64,000 bases of DNA from Thermoanaerobaculia bacterium (GTDB lineage: Bacteria; Acidobacteriota; Thermoanaerobaculia; UBA5066; Gp7-AA6): NCBI GenBank assembly GCA_046716885.1, contig JBKJWL010000170.1, positions 2,245-66,244 of the forward strand, given 5' to 3'. The notes beneath the pieces are model-generated. The model worked only from the letters and a program-made list of their open reading frames with translations, was not told where the DNA came from and did not search any database. The position numbers were made by a program, and so were the translations under genes. Below are positions 45,401-54,872 of this stretch, piece by piece (within the stretch, counting starts at the first letter, position 1; the number at the start of each line of letters is the position of its first letter).

Positions 45401-46021
45401 GGAAAACGACATCGTCTCGACGCCCTTGACGTTCGGCACGAGCAGCGTGCGCGTGCCGTCGGGTCTGGCGACGTCCACGGCGATGCCCAAGCGGACCTCG
45501 GGGCGCCGAACGCGCACCGGTTCGCCACTCGAGGCGTCGTAGGCGTCGTTCAGCGCCGGCACCGCCTTCAACGCCTGGATGACCGCCCAGGAAGTCAGAT
45601 GCGTGAAGGAGATCTTCGACTGCTCGGTCGCGGCGCGCGACTCGTTGATGAGGCGCCGATTCTCGTCGAGGAGCTTGATCGCGATCTGGCGCTGCGTGGT
45701 CGCCGTCGGAACGGCGAGGCTCGCCTCCATGTTCTCGACGATGCGGGCTGCGACCCCGCGGATCGGCACACGCTCGCCGCCCTCGAGCGGGGCTACCGCG
45801 ATCGTGTCGGCCGGCACGGCGCTCGGCGCGGGAGCCGTCCGGGCCTGCGGCCGGGGCTCGGGCTCGCCGAACCGCTCCCGAAAGTAGGTCCGCCACTCCT
45901 CGTCCACGGATGCGGGATTGGCGCTGTACCGATTGAGGAGATCCGCAACGTATCCGGCGTTCCCGCCGAACTCCGCGGCGAGCTCCTCGGACAGGTCGAC
46001 GTCGGACGAACGGGTGGACAT
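42407..46021 (-). CDS. sucA: 2-oxoglutarate dehydrogenase E1 fused to an N-terminal E2-like acyltransferase domain (Kgd/OdhA type)
   Basis: 1204 aa. The N-terminal part carries the E2 catalytic core TFTSTYDHRIIQGAESG. It is followed by E1o motifs: GMSHRGRLN, LLHGDAAFAGQG, HGHNE.DEP and LLPHG.EGQGPEHSS. Confidence 0.9.
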   Translation of the reverse strand: MSTRSSDVDLSEELAAEFGGNAGYVADLLNRYSANPASVDEEWRTYFRERFGEPEPRPQARTAPAPSAVPADTIAVAPLEGGERVPIRGVAARIVENMEASLAVPTATTQRQIAIKLLDENRRLINESRAATEQSKISFTHLTSWAVIQALKAVPALNDAYDASSGEPVRVRRPEVRLGIAVDVARPDGTRTLLVPNVKGVETMSFSEFVAAADDVVARARAGKLKLADFEGTTISLTNPGTLGTTASVPRLMPGQGAIIATGAIEYPAEFRAMAPATLSRLAISKIATFTSTYDHRIIQGAESGTFLARVEELLLGQDGFYESIFADLSIRFRPLKWETDRNPLSSDGHGEDIAKQARVIELTNAYRVRGHRIADIDPLRTRAIVHHPELDLETYGLTIWDLDREFWSGGLKGGDRMPLREIIAVMRRVYCGKVGIEYRHISSPDEKNWIRQRVAAAAAAPPLPAELRKKILAKLIAAEEFERFLGTKFLGQRRYSIEGCDTAIPLLDRLVEGSAARGLEEVVIGMSHRGRLNILANVVGNSAERIFSGFEGVVHPDFPADEGDVKYHQGARTVRKSEAGREIAVQVESNPSHLEAVDPVVEGVVRAKQVRSSGRGPAGWARQLPALLHGDAAFAGQGMVAEVLNLSQLSGYETGGTIHVVINNQIGFTTAPSQGRSSVYSTDVAKIIQVPIFHVNGDDPEAAYRVLEIALDYRQEFHKDVVIDLIGFRRHGHNEGDEPTYTQPVMYRAIEAHPGVRTLYARRLIREGVVTEDDVREMEAWQLAEYERALAAAKDAARRPRVEAAPPPPPGGAVVEMDTGVARETLASIGRVLTTVPAGFHLNPKMVQQLARRARMAEGALPLDFGTAEALAFGSLLIEGTPIRVSGQDSSRGTFSQRHAVFHDTATGETWTPLSTLDPKQPPFEAVDSPLSEFAVLGFDYGYSVEWPEALVLWEAQFGDFANGAQVIVDQFIASAQDKWRQSSRLGMLLPHGAEGQGPEHSSARIERYLQLCAEGNLQAVNATTPAQYFHLLRRQMRQLEARPLVLFTPKSLLRLPAASSPLDALASGGFRVVLDDPEVGDRALVERVLFCSGKVYYDLRVEREKRGDFKTAIVRLEQLYPFPDERLRTIRGGYPSARRFVWVQEEPKNMGAWSFVAERKAEFLPTGSELVYVGRAAAPSPATGNAGVHKRELEQFLAEAFA

Positions 46022-46113
46022 GGGAGAGGGATTTTAGTGCAGTCGGAAGGGCGCGGGAGCCGAGGCGGAACTGAACTTGATAAGATTCCGGCGCCCTGTC
46101 GGACGAAATCACG

Positions 46114-47541
46114 TTGAAGAGACTCCTGGGACTCGCAATTTGCGCACTCGGACTGCTCGCCGCGGTCCAGGCCCCCGTCCGCCCGGCTCCCCTTTCGCCC
46201 GAAGTCCTCATGACCGCGGTGCAACTGCGCGACCGGATCCTCGTCGGGTCGCGCGCAGCCGACTGGGTCCGGGACATCACGGATCTGGCCGGGCCGCGGC
46301 TGGCGGGATCTCCCGGCGACCGCGCGGCGGTGCGGGTGGCCGTCGCGATCCTCGAGGCGCAGGGCTTCGCCAACGTGCGTGCCGAGAAGGTCGTCGTGAA
46401 GGTCTGGCAACGAGGCATCGAGACGGGCGAGGTGACGTCGCCGGCGCCCCAGAAGCTCGCGCTGACGGCCCTCGGAGGAAGCATCGCCACGGCAGAAGGA
46501 GGCCTCGAGGGCGAGATCGTCCGCGTCGAGTCGCTCGAGGAGCTCGCCGGGAAGGCTGGCGCGATTCGCGGCAAGATTGCGTTCATCGACCGGCCGACCG
46601 CGCGCACGTCCGACGGCTCGGGCTACGGCACGGCTGGGAGCGTGCGCTCCGACGGTCCGTCCGCGGCCTCGAGGCTCGGCGCGATCGGGATTCTCATCCG
46701 CTCGATCGGCACCGATGACGGCCGCCTGGCGCATACGGGCGGGACGGGTTACGAGAAGGACGTCACGCCGATTCCGGCTGCCGCGCTCTCGGCGGACGAT
46801 GCCTCCCTGCTGACGCGGCTGTCGCGGCGCGGACCGGTGCGCGTGCGTTTCACGCTGACCTGCCGCACTCTGCCCGACGCCGAGTCGGCCAACGTGATCG
46901 GCGAGATACCGGGCCGCGCGACGCCCGGGGAGATCGTGCTGCTCGGCGCGCATCTGGACTCCTGGGACCTCGGCACCGGCGCGCTCGACGACGCGGCCGG
47001 ATGCGGAATCGTCATCGAGGCCGCACGGCAGATCGGCGCGCTCACGACGCGCCCGCGCCGGACCCTGCGCGTGGTCCTGTTCGCCAACGAGGAGAACGGC
47101 CTGGCGGGTGGCAAGGCCTACGCCGCTGCACATGCCGCCGAGCTCGAGCGCCACGTCGTTGCGCTCGAGGCCGATCTCGGGCAGGGCCCGCCGATCGGCT
47201 TCTGGTGGCTCGCGGGGCCCACGGCGGACAGCATGCTGAAGGCGGTCGCCGCGCTTCTCTCCCCGATCGCCGCCGACGCTCTGATTCCCGCCGAGAATGG
47301 CGGTGCCGACCTGATTCCGTTGATCCCCTCGGGCGTCCCGCAACTCGGCCTGGCGCTCGACGCCACGACGTACTTCGACTACCACCACACGGCCAACGAC
47401 ACGTTCGACCGGATCGATCCGCGCATCCTCGACCGCTCGACGGCAGCCGCGGCGGTCGCAGCCTATGTCCTCGCCGAGATGCCGCAGCCGCTGGAGCGCG
47501 TTCCGCCCTCGAAACGGGTGTTGCCGGCCTGGGCCCGGTGA
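46114..47541 (+). CDS. Secreted M28-family aminopeptidase (PA-domain type)
   Basis: 475 aa with TTG start and a signal peptide. Motifs are GAHLDSWDLGTGALDDAAG and LFANEENGLAGG. Confidence 0.75.
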   Translation: MKRLLGLAICALGLLAAVQAPVRPAPLSPEVLMTAVQLRDRILVGSRAADWVRDITDLAGPRLAGSPGDRAAVRVAVAILEAQGFANVRAEKVVVKVWQRGIETGEVTSPAPQKLALTALGGSIATAEGGLEGEIVRVESLEELAGKAGAIRGKIAFIDRPTARTSDGSGYGTAGSVRSDGPSAASRLGAIGILIRSIGTDDGRLAHTGGTGYEKDVTPIPAAALSADDASLLTRLSRRGPVRVRFTLTCRTLPDAESANVIGEIPGRATPGEIVLLGAHLDSWDLGTGALDDAAGCGIVIEAARQIGALTTRPRRTLRVVLFANEENGLAGGKAYAAAHAAELERHVVALEADLGQGPPIGFWWLAGPTADSMLKAVAALLSPIAADALIPAENGGADLIPLIPSGVPQLGLALDATTYFDYHHTANDTFDRIDPRILDRSTAAAAVAAYVLAEMPQPLERVPPSKRVLPAWAR

Positions 47542-47552
47542 CCCCGCGGCGT

Positions 47553-48005
47553 CTAGGAGCCTTTCTTGACCTTCTCCCGCACGGCCTGGACCTCCGGGTG
47601 CTGGAACCCGAGGAGCTCGGCGATCCTCCGCGCAAGCTGGTTCTCCACCGCCGTGAGCGCCCCGTCCGAATAGACGAGGCCCCAGATGACCTCGATCAGC
47701 TTCAGGCGCTGCTCCCGCGAGAAGTTCTCGGCCACCAGGCGCGTGAACTGGTAGAGGTCGACGCTCTCGCGGCGCTCCTCGTCGGCCAGCCGCACGACCT
47801 CGTCCACGTCCGCGGCAGCCACGCCGAGGTCCTCCCGGACCGCGCGCTGGATGCGCTGCCGCTCGGGCTCGGAGAAGGACTCGTCCGAGTTGGCGATCTC
47901 CAGCAGCAGCGCGCACGCGGCGATCGCGACGGGATCGGACCGCCCGGCGGCCGCCGGCGCGGAAACCCTGGCGAGGAAGAAGTTGCGGATCGATTGGATG
48001 GGCAT
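47553..48005 (-). CDS. TerB-family (tellurite-resistance/DjlA N-domain-like) protein
   Basis: 150 aa. LLLEIANSDESFSEPERQRI...VIWGLVYSDGALTAVENQL is the TerB repeat pattern. Confidence 0.7.
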   Translation of the reverse strand: MPIQSIRNFFLARVSAPAAAGRSDPVAIAACALLLEIANSDESFSEPERQRIQRAVREDLGVAAADVDEVVRLADEERRESVDLYQFTRLVAENFSREQRLKLIEVIWGLVYSDGALTAVENQLARRIAELLGFQHPEVQAVREKVKKGS

Positions 48006-48066
48006 GAGACCAGTCTAAGCGAAACTTTTGGGGGGTTGCCCGCGTATTGGGTAGCGAGGCAAAAAC

Positions 48067-48588
48067 ATGAACCGCCGCGAGCTCGAGACACTTCTTCTCA
48101 CACTGGAATCCACTCCCGCTCTGCTCGCGCGCGCGGCCGCCGGGCTTTCGCCGGGCGAGGAGCGCCGGCGGCCGGCCCGGGGCGGCTTCTCGTTCGTGGA
48201 GAACGTGTGGCACCTGGCCGACCTCGAACGCGAAGGCTACGGCGTGCGCATCCGCCGGATCCTTGCCGAGGAGAGCCCGGCGCTTCTGAACTTCGACGGC
48301 GACCGCATCGCTCGCGAGCGGGTGTACCAGGAGCGCGACGTGGAGCTCGGGGTCGCCACCTTCACACGCGCGCGAGAGCAGAATCTCGAAGCGCTGCGCC
48401 GGCTCTCCGGCTCCGACTGGAAGCGCTCCGGCGCCCAGGAAGGCGTCGGGCGCGTGACCCTCGACGACATCCCGCGCATGATGGCCGACCACGACCGCTC
48501 GCACGACGCGGACATCGCGGCGCTGCTCGCCGAGATCCGCGGCGCGAAGCCCGCGTCGCGGCCCCACCCGACCTCGGCCGTCGCGTAA
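48067..48588 (+). CDS. DinB-family (DinB_2) protein
   Basis: 173 aa with a four-helix His-triad pattern (WHLADLE ... HDRSHDADI). Confidence 0.7.
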   Translation: MNRRELETLLLTLESTPALLARAAAGLSPGEERRRPARGGFSFVENVWHLADLEREGYGVRIRRILAEESPALLNFDGDRIARERVYQERDVELGVATFTRAREQNLEALRRLSGSDWKRSGAQEGVGRVTLDDIPRMMADHDRSHDADIAALLAEIRGAKPASRPHPTSAVA

Positions 48589-48789
48589 GCCTCGGGTTAG
48601 GCGACGACAGCGACGGTGCGGTAGGATTCGCAGATTCTGGCAATCTGTCGGTTTCTCGGCATCGTGGATCACGATCGGCGAGGTACGTCAGCTGCGGAAG
48701 TTCCCCGCGATGAGGCCACGGCAGGAATTGAGAAAGTCAGGGCGGCACGGTCCAGGGGGTCAATCGACTTCTCGAGGAAAGGAGGGGCT

Positions 48790-49065
48790 ATGAAACATCG
48801 GTTCATCTCGGGTGTGATCGCGACTCTGCTAGCCACGACGGTCGCTTGGGCTGCGACGAACCTCAACTCCTCCAAGAGCAATATCTTCCGACTGACCTAT
48901 CCCAGCGATCTCGTGAGTCCTGATCAAGCGAAGGCGATTCTGGCGGAGCTGGACAAGATGGGCCCAACGGATGAAGCACCTAAAGCAGTGGCTGCCAGCC
49001 AACTTCAAGCGCTTTGGCAGCGCGGGCGACCGGGTCAAGAAGCTGGTCGTCCTGCCTCGAAGTAA
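48790..49065 (+). CDS. Small secreted hypothetical protein (91 aa)
   Basis: ATG 48790 is preceded by GGAAAGGAGGGG. The signal peptide is MKHRFISGVIATLLATTVAWA. It is the first gene of the lower-GC islet. Confidence 0.45.
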   Translation: MKHRFISGVIATLLATTVAWAATNLNSSKSNIFRLTYPSDLVSPDQAKAILAELDKMGPTDEAPKAVAASQLQALWQRGRPGQEAGRPASK

Positions 49066-49252
49066 GGAGCTAGCCCGGGGGTCGCTCCGGGCGGCCGGCG
49101 TCCCGGCGACGCCGCCGGCAGGATCGTGTCGCCGGTCTCGGCGCACGTTTCGTGAAGGTACGCTTCGTCTATCCCGCCTTGAAGGCCCGCCACCTCAGGG
49201 AGCGCGCGGAGATCCGCGCGGTGCCCTGGGGCGGTACGCGACCTGGTCCTCA

Positions 49253-50179
49253 ATGAACGAATTGACGTCGTCCGAGAGCGTCGTTATCGCAGTCGTACCG
49301 CGCGATCGGTTTAGCATGTTTCCCCGATGTCTTGAGGCACTCTACGCGCACACGGATGTGCGGTTCCGCGTCATCGTGGTTGCCGGGGGCACGGATAGAA
49401 CGACCGAAGAGTACCTTCATCAGCTTCAGATGCAGAAAGACAACATGAGCGTTGTGCTCGTGGACCGACTTTTGATGCAGGGTGAGGCGCGCAGGGTCGC
49501 GATACGACAAGCTGACGAAAGGTTTTGCGTCGTTCTAGAGAACGATACGATTGTCCACGAAAACTGGCTCTCGTCCATGCTTGAGTGCATGCGGGAAGAA
49601 GGGGCAGCAGTAGTCACCCCGTTGATATTGTGGCACCGAGGCATCCACGCCGCCGGATGTATGTTCGAGGAACGCGAAAAAGACGGCGCGGTCGCGTTCC
49701 ATCACAAGATCATGTACACAGGAATTCGCCGAAGGCGAATCGACTATCCGGAGAATCACTGCATCCTCATTGATCAACGGCTACTCCCTGGCATCGACAT
49801 CTTCGACGATGTTGAGCCGTTCGATGTCGATCTAGGGCTAACGCTGCGGAAGTATGGACTCAGCGTTTTTCTTGAGCCGCGTTCTGTGGCCACGTACTCA
49901 GCACCTCCCCCTTGGGAAGTTCGCGACATTCCAGCCTTCAAGTTCCGCTGGGACGCGGCGTCGTGGGAAGCCCGTAACCGACGGTTTATGCAAAAATGGG
50001 GAGTCACGTACGATCCATCGTCAAAACGCGCTTCCTACCGAAGACAGCAGTTTAAGTTGGGGCTTGCACGTTGGTATCCGACCAAATTTACGGTTGGGGT
50101 GTCGAACGTTGCTGTTAGTTCGGTAAGGCGTCTTCTGTCGTTAGTTTTGCCAGGACGCCCGCCATACTCCTTGGGGTAA
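49253..50179 (+). CDS. GT-A fold (GT2-like) glycosyltransferase
   Basis: Track ORF trimmed to ATG 49253 (MNELTSSESVVIAVVPRDRF). Motifs are VIVVAGGTDRTTEEYL and VVLENDTIV (DxD-like). 308 aa. The family call is tentative. Confidence 0.5.
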   Translation: MNELTSSESVVIAVVPRDRFSMFPRCLEALYAHTDVRFRVIVVAGGTDRTTEEYLHQLQMQKDNMSVVLVDRLLMQGEARRVAIRQADERFCVVLENDTIVHENWLSSMLECMREEGAAVVTPLILWHRGIHAAGCMFEEREKDGAVAFHHKIMYTGIRRRRIDYPENHCILIDQRLLPGIDIFDDVEPFDVDLGLTLRKYGLSVFLEPRSVATYSAPPPWEVRDIPAFKFRWDAASWEARNRRFMQKWGVTYDPSSKRASYRRQQFKLGLARWYPTKFTVGVSNVAVSSVRRLLSLVLPGRPPYSLG

Positions 50180-50269
50180 CTCGCCACAGCTGCAGTAATG
50201 TCGACCTATCGGCACCGAGCGTTGGCGGTTGGAACCGAAAGGAACGTGGGCTGCGCTTTGGTATCAACG

Positions 50270-50377
50270 GGTCATGCCGACGCGGACGATCTCATGTGTG
50301 ATGTGGGTTTGAAGCCCGAAACGACGATAGAAACCGACCTCGCCGGCTTCGTCGACTGGTACCGCGAATACTACGCT
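50270..50377 (+). pseudogene. 3'-terminal remnant of an NAD-dependent sugar epimerase (UDP-glucuronate 4-epimerase-like)
   Basis: GHADADDLMCDVGLKPETTIETDLAGFVDWYREYYA matches only the last ~35 residues of GalE/WcaG-type epimerases (...ADisk.....G.kP.t.ieeGl..FveWYr.YY). No upstream epimerase body is present. Confidence 0.45.
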
Positions 50378-50404
50378 ACGGCTCCGGCTACCTCTCTCAC
50401 TCCT

Positions 50405-51562
<1,158 letters not shown>

Positions 51563-51951
51563 CGGCGATCGCAGCGGCCGTCGCCATTGACGTCGGTAAG
51601 GCTGCGGTCCCAGATATCGTCAGGCAGGTGCACGCATGGCAGCGACGTTACTCCGCATCCAAGCGCGCGATTGCGAATCCAGAAAGGACGTGCGCGACGT
51701 GGTGATTCGTGCTGGCGCTAGTCCGCCGGTGACATCGAGGGCCAGATCAAGAGCGTCACTTGAGCCGGGCGGTCGCAGTCCCCTTGGCCGGCGGCTCGGA
51801 CACGGGAGCCGCGTACAACATCGCCGCGCCCTGGCTCGTGCGTTTCAGTTACGTACCTGTCGTCCCCACCACGCCCAGTGTCGCCTCGAGGCGGCAGCTC
51901 GCCTGGTCGGGGCTCGCCGGACAAGGAGAGCGGGCGTCGCTGGCGGACAGC

Positions 51952-52143
51952 GTGCGGTTCCTGATACGGTGGGTGTATCTCGTGTATGTGACCTCTGCGC
52001 CACCCCGCACCTTCGGTGGGAAGTATCGTCGCGGAGATCCTGGAGCTTCAGAGGCTCGGGCAACGGGTCACGGTGATTCCCATTCCCCCCCCCGCCCAGT
52101 CATTCACGAGGATGCGAGGCGACAGACCGGAGTCTACGTTCTC
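51952..52143 (+). pseudogene. Frameshifted N-terminal remnant of a WcaL-like GT4 glycosyltransferase (tentative)
   Basis: Three pieces lie in two frames: WVYLVYVTSAPPRTF, then SIVAEILELQRLGQRVTVIPI, then IHEDARRQTGVYVL. Compare the E. coli WcaL N-terminus SSETFVLNQITAFIDMGFEVEIL. A C9 run lies at the second frame switch. No GT body follows. Confidence 0.3.
52085..52093. repeat. Homopolymeric C9 tract
   Basis: Read directly: cattCCCCCCCCCgccc. Confidence 0.9.
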
Positions 52144-52414
52144 CGAACCCCCCGTCGCTGGCGATCCTCGGCAACACTCTCCGGAGGATCGATAAAGGCG
52201 CCCCCGCTCGCGGCACGGTCAAAGCGAGGGTTCTCCCTTCCGTTCGGTACTCGGGTCGGGGCGAGCTTCAAAGGAGCTCTCCGGCAGATGCTTCTTTCGC
52301 GGTCCCTCTGTTGAGCGAGCGCGTTCGGCTCGGCGAAGCCCTCGACCCAGGGGACTGATGCTCCTTTCGCTGCACCTGCCGCTTAAGGCCCAGAGCCAGA
52401 AACCGTAGCGTACG

Positions 52415-53449
52415 TTGCGGATACTGGCCGTCACCAATCTCTACCCGACCGAGAGGCATCCCGGTCTTGGAACCTTCATACAGCAGCAAGTCGAAAGTCT
52501 GCGACGCGTCGGTGTCGAAGTAGATGTTTTGTTCTTCGATCGGGCGGCCGAAGGAGTGAACGTCTATCGGAGCGTTGCCTCCGCGACACGCCAGCAAGTT
52601 GCGAAAGTCCGGCCTGACGTCGTTCACGTCATGTACGGTGGCGTCCTCGCCTGCCTGGCCACGAGGCCCTTCTCGGCAGGGCCGCCAACGGTGGTTTCGT
52701 TTTGCGGCCCCGACCTTCTGGGCGAGCCTGCCAAGACCGTCGTGCGTCGGCTTGCGATCGCCGGCGGAGTCGCCGCTTCACGATGGGCGGCCCGCCGGGT
52801 CGAAGCGGTCATCGTGAAATCCGCCAATCTGCGAATGGCGCTTCCGGCCGGAGTTTCGGCCGATCGGGTCTGGACCATACCGAACGGGGTCAACCTTCAA
52901 CAATTTCGTCCTATGGATCCGGAAAAGTGTCGCCTTCGCTTGGGCTGGAGGTCGGGCGTGCGGCACGTTCTTTTCCCGTCCTTTCCGGAGCGTGCCAATA
53001 AGCGGTTTTCGCTGGCACGAAAGGCAGTGGATTTGCTCGCTACTCGGGGTTTCGAGGTCGAGCTTCACACGCTCCACTATGTGCCTCACGATGACGTTCC
53101 GGTGTGGCTCAACGCCAGCGACTGCCTCCTCCTGACTTCGACTCAGGAGGGGTCGCCTAACATCGTCAAGGAGGCACTCGCCTGCGACCGGCCGGTGGTT
53201 TCCGTAGACGTCGGTGACGTGGCCGAGCGAACTGCCGGGAGGCAGGACTGCTTTGTGACCGCCCATCGCCCGGAAGATCTTGCGGCCAAGCTCGAGATCG
53301 TTCTCCGAAATCGGGCCGCCTTCTCGGGTGTTCGAACGCTCCCGGGGGTGTCCGATCTCTCCTTGGAGGCGGTCGCGGAGCGCCTTTGTCAGGTCTATCG
53401 CATCGTGATCGACCGCTGGGTCGCGAGCCACCGGAGGGCCGCAGCGTGA
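52415..53449 (+). CDS. GT4-family glycosyltransferase
   Basis: 344 aa with TTG start. Motifs are MRILAVTNLYPTERHPGLGTFI and LLTSTQEGSPNIVKEALACDRPVVSVDVGDV (E-x7-E region). Confidence 0.75.
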   Translation: MRILAVTNLYPTERHPGLGTFIQQQVESLRRVGVEVDVLFFDRAAEGVNVYRSVASATRQQVAKVRPDVVHVMYGGVLACLATRPFSAGPPTVVSFCGPDLLGEPAKTVVRRLAIAGGVAASRWAARRVEAVIVKSANLRMALPAGVSADRVWTIPNGVNLQQFRPMDPEKCRLRLGWRSGVRHVLFPSFPERANKRFSLARKAVDLLATRGFEVELHTLHYVPHDDVPVWLNASDCLLLTSTQEGSPNIVKEALACDRPVVSVDVGDVAERTAGRQDCFVTAHRPEDLAAKLEIVLRNRAAFSGVRTLPGVSDLSLEAVAERLCQVYRIVIDRWVASHRRAAA

Positions 53450-53712
53450 GCCTCGACTGTCGGAGTGGAGGAACAGCACCTACCCCGAAGGCGTTTCCGA
53501 GAAGCTGGGTCCAGTCTCACACCTCCGACGCGCGAGTCTAAAGGAGATCGCGATTATCCTTTTGACAAAGCCCGAGGATGAGGCGGCGGCGATTGCGGTC
53601 ACGGTCAAGTCCACCAAGTCCAACACTTCAGAATGAGACCGGGGGCGCGGCAAACACCGGGTGGTGCCAGAGTGGCGATCGTCTGGATGGGAGCGGCAGA
53701 GCGCTGTCGTCG

Positions 53713-53786
53713 CCTAACCCGCGGCTGCTGCGGACTAGCGTCGGCCCTTCGGGCCGCCGCTCGCTGCTGAGCCGCCATCCGTTAGG
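53713..53786. terminator. Nested inverted repeats around the hairpin GGCCC-TTC-GGGCC, overlapping the dedA stop codon
   Basis: CCTAAC (53713) pairs with GTTAGG (53781). GCGGCT (53721) pairs with AGCCGC (53770). The core stem is 53737-53761 (10 bp with 1 mismatch). There is no U-tract. Confidence 0.35.
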
Positions 53787-54414
53787 CCGCGGGGCGGCGC
53801 TTCTTTCTCCACTCGAGCGCGGCCGCGATGATCCCGGGCAAAATCGAGAGGAAGATCACGACGAGGATCACGATCTCGATGTGCTCCTTGACGCCCGGGA
53901 TCTGGCCGAGGAAGTAGCCGATCAGCGTCATCGAGAGCACCCAGAAGGCGCCTCCGAAGACGTTGAAGAGGAGAAACCGGCGGTACTCCATCTGCCCCAT
54001 GCCGGCCACGATCGGGGCGAAGGTGCGGACGATCGGCATGAAGCGTGCGATGACGATCGTCTTGCCACCGTGTTTCTCGTAGAAATCGTGCGCGCGCTTC
54101 AGGTGGGCGGGGTTGAAGAGAAGCGACTTCGGGCGCTTGAAGAGCGCCGGCCCCGCCCGGCGCCCGAACCAGTAGCCGACGGTGTCGCCGAGGATGGCCG
54201 CGGCGATGAGCACCAGGTTCAGAGTAACGATGTTCAGCTGCCCCGTGCCCGCGAAGACACCGGCCGTCACCAGAAGCGAGTCGCCCGGCAGGAAGAACCC
54301 GACGAGAAGGCCGGTCTCGGCGAAGACGATGAGCGCCATCGCGGTGATCCCTCCGACGCGGACCAGCGTCTCGACGTCAGTGAGATTGTGGAAGAGCTGT
54401 TTGAGCCACTCCAT
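53782..54414 (-). CDS. dedA: DedA-family (SNARE-associated) membrane protein
   Basis: 210 aa. Motifs are FAETGLLVGFFLPGDSLL, GYWFGRR and IARFMPIVRTFAPIVAG. Confidence 0.85.
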   Translation of the reverse strand: MEWLKQLFHNLTDVETLVRVGGITAMALIVFAETGLLVGFFLPGDSLLVTAGVFAGTGQLNIVTLNLVLIAAAILGDTVGYWFGRRAGPALFKRPKSLLFNPAHLKRAHDFYEKHGGKTIVIARFMPIVRTFAPIVAGMGQMEYRRFLLFNVFGGAFWVLSMTLIGYFLGQIPGVKEHIEIVILVVIFLSILPGIIAAALEWRKKRRPAA

Positions 54415-54458
54415 GGTCGGGGCGCATGGTAGCAGGCTCGGATAGGATTCGGGGCCGC

Positions 54459-54872
54459 ATGTCCGACTACACCGACGCGCACGCCCGGTCCGGGATCGAC
54501 GCGAAGCTGCCGCCGATCGAGACCTGGCCCAACCAGTATCCCGATTACGAGATCACCGTCGAGATCCCGGAGTACAACGCAATCTGTCCGAAGACGGAGC
54601 TGCCGGACTTCGGGCACCTGACCATCCGCTACGTCCCGGACGGGCTCTGCCTGGAGCTCAAGTCGCTCAAGCTCTACATCGTGGGCTACCGGAATGTCGG
54701 CATCTTCTACGAGAACGCCGTCAACCGGATCCTCGAGGACTGCGTTGCCGCGTGCCGTCCCAAACGCATGACGATCACGGGGACGTTCTCGTCGCGAGGG
54801 GGGATCTCGTCGACGATCGAGGCCCGCTATCCGCGCGAAGCGGCCGGCGCCGGAGCCCGGAACTCTTCGTAG
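54459..54872 (+). CDS. queF: NADPH-dependent 7-cyano-7-deazaguanine reductase (type I)
   Basis: Trimmed to ATG 54459. Motifs are EYNAICPKTELPDFG, ELKSLKLY and YRNVGIFYE. Confidence 0.85.
   Translation: MSDYTDAHARSGIDAKLPPIETWPNQYPDYEITVEIPEYNAICPKTELPDFGHLTIRYVPDGLCLELKSLKLYIVGYRNVGIFYENAVNRILEDCVAACRPKRMTITGTFSSRGGISSTIEARYPREAAGAGARNSS

Noticed and set aside
42449-46117. 1222-aa plus-strand ORF antisense to the 2-oxoglutarate dehydrogenase gene
   Set aside because: The opposite strand encodes an unmistakable Kgd/SucA. This product is a low-complexity, charged, Arg/Asp/Gly-rich sequence.
45793-48672. 959-aa minus-strand ORF spanning the M28 peptidase, TerB and DinB genes
   Set aside because: It overlaps three well-supported genes. 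Its composition is Arg/Gly/Pro-rich and I saw no family motif.
54415-54458. Possible preQ1 riboswitch upstream of queF
   Set aside because: Only 44 nt are available, and I saw no preQ1-type hairpin followed by an A-rich tail.
54827-54872. 46-nt convergent overlap of the queF and aminotransferase 3' ends, considered as a special regulatory feature
   Set aside because: It is consistent with the general compaction of this genome; other convergent pairs have gaps of -56, 4 and 8 nt. I saw no extra structure.
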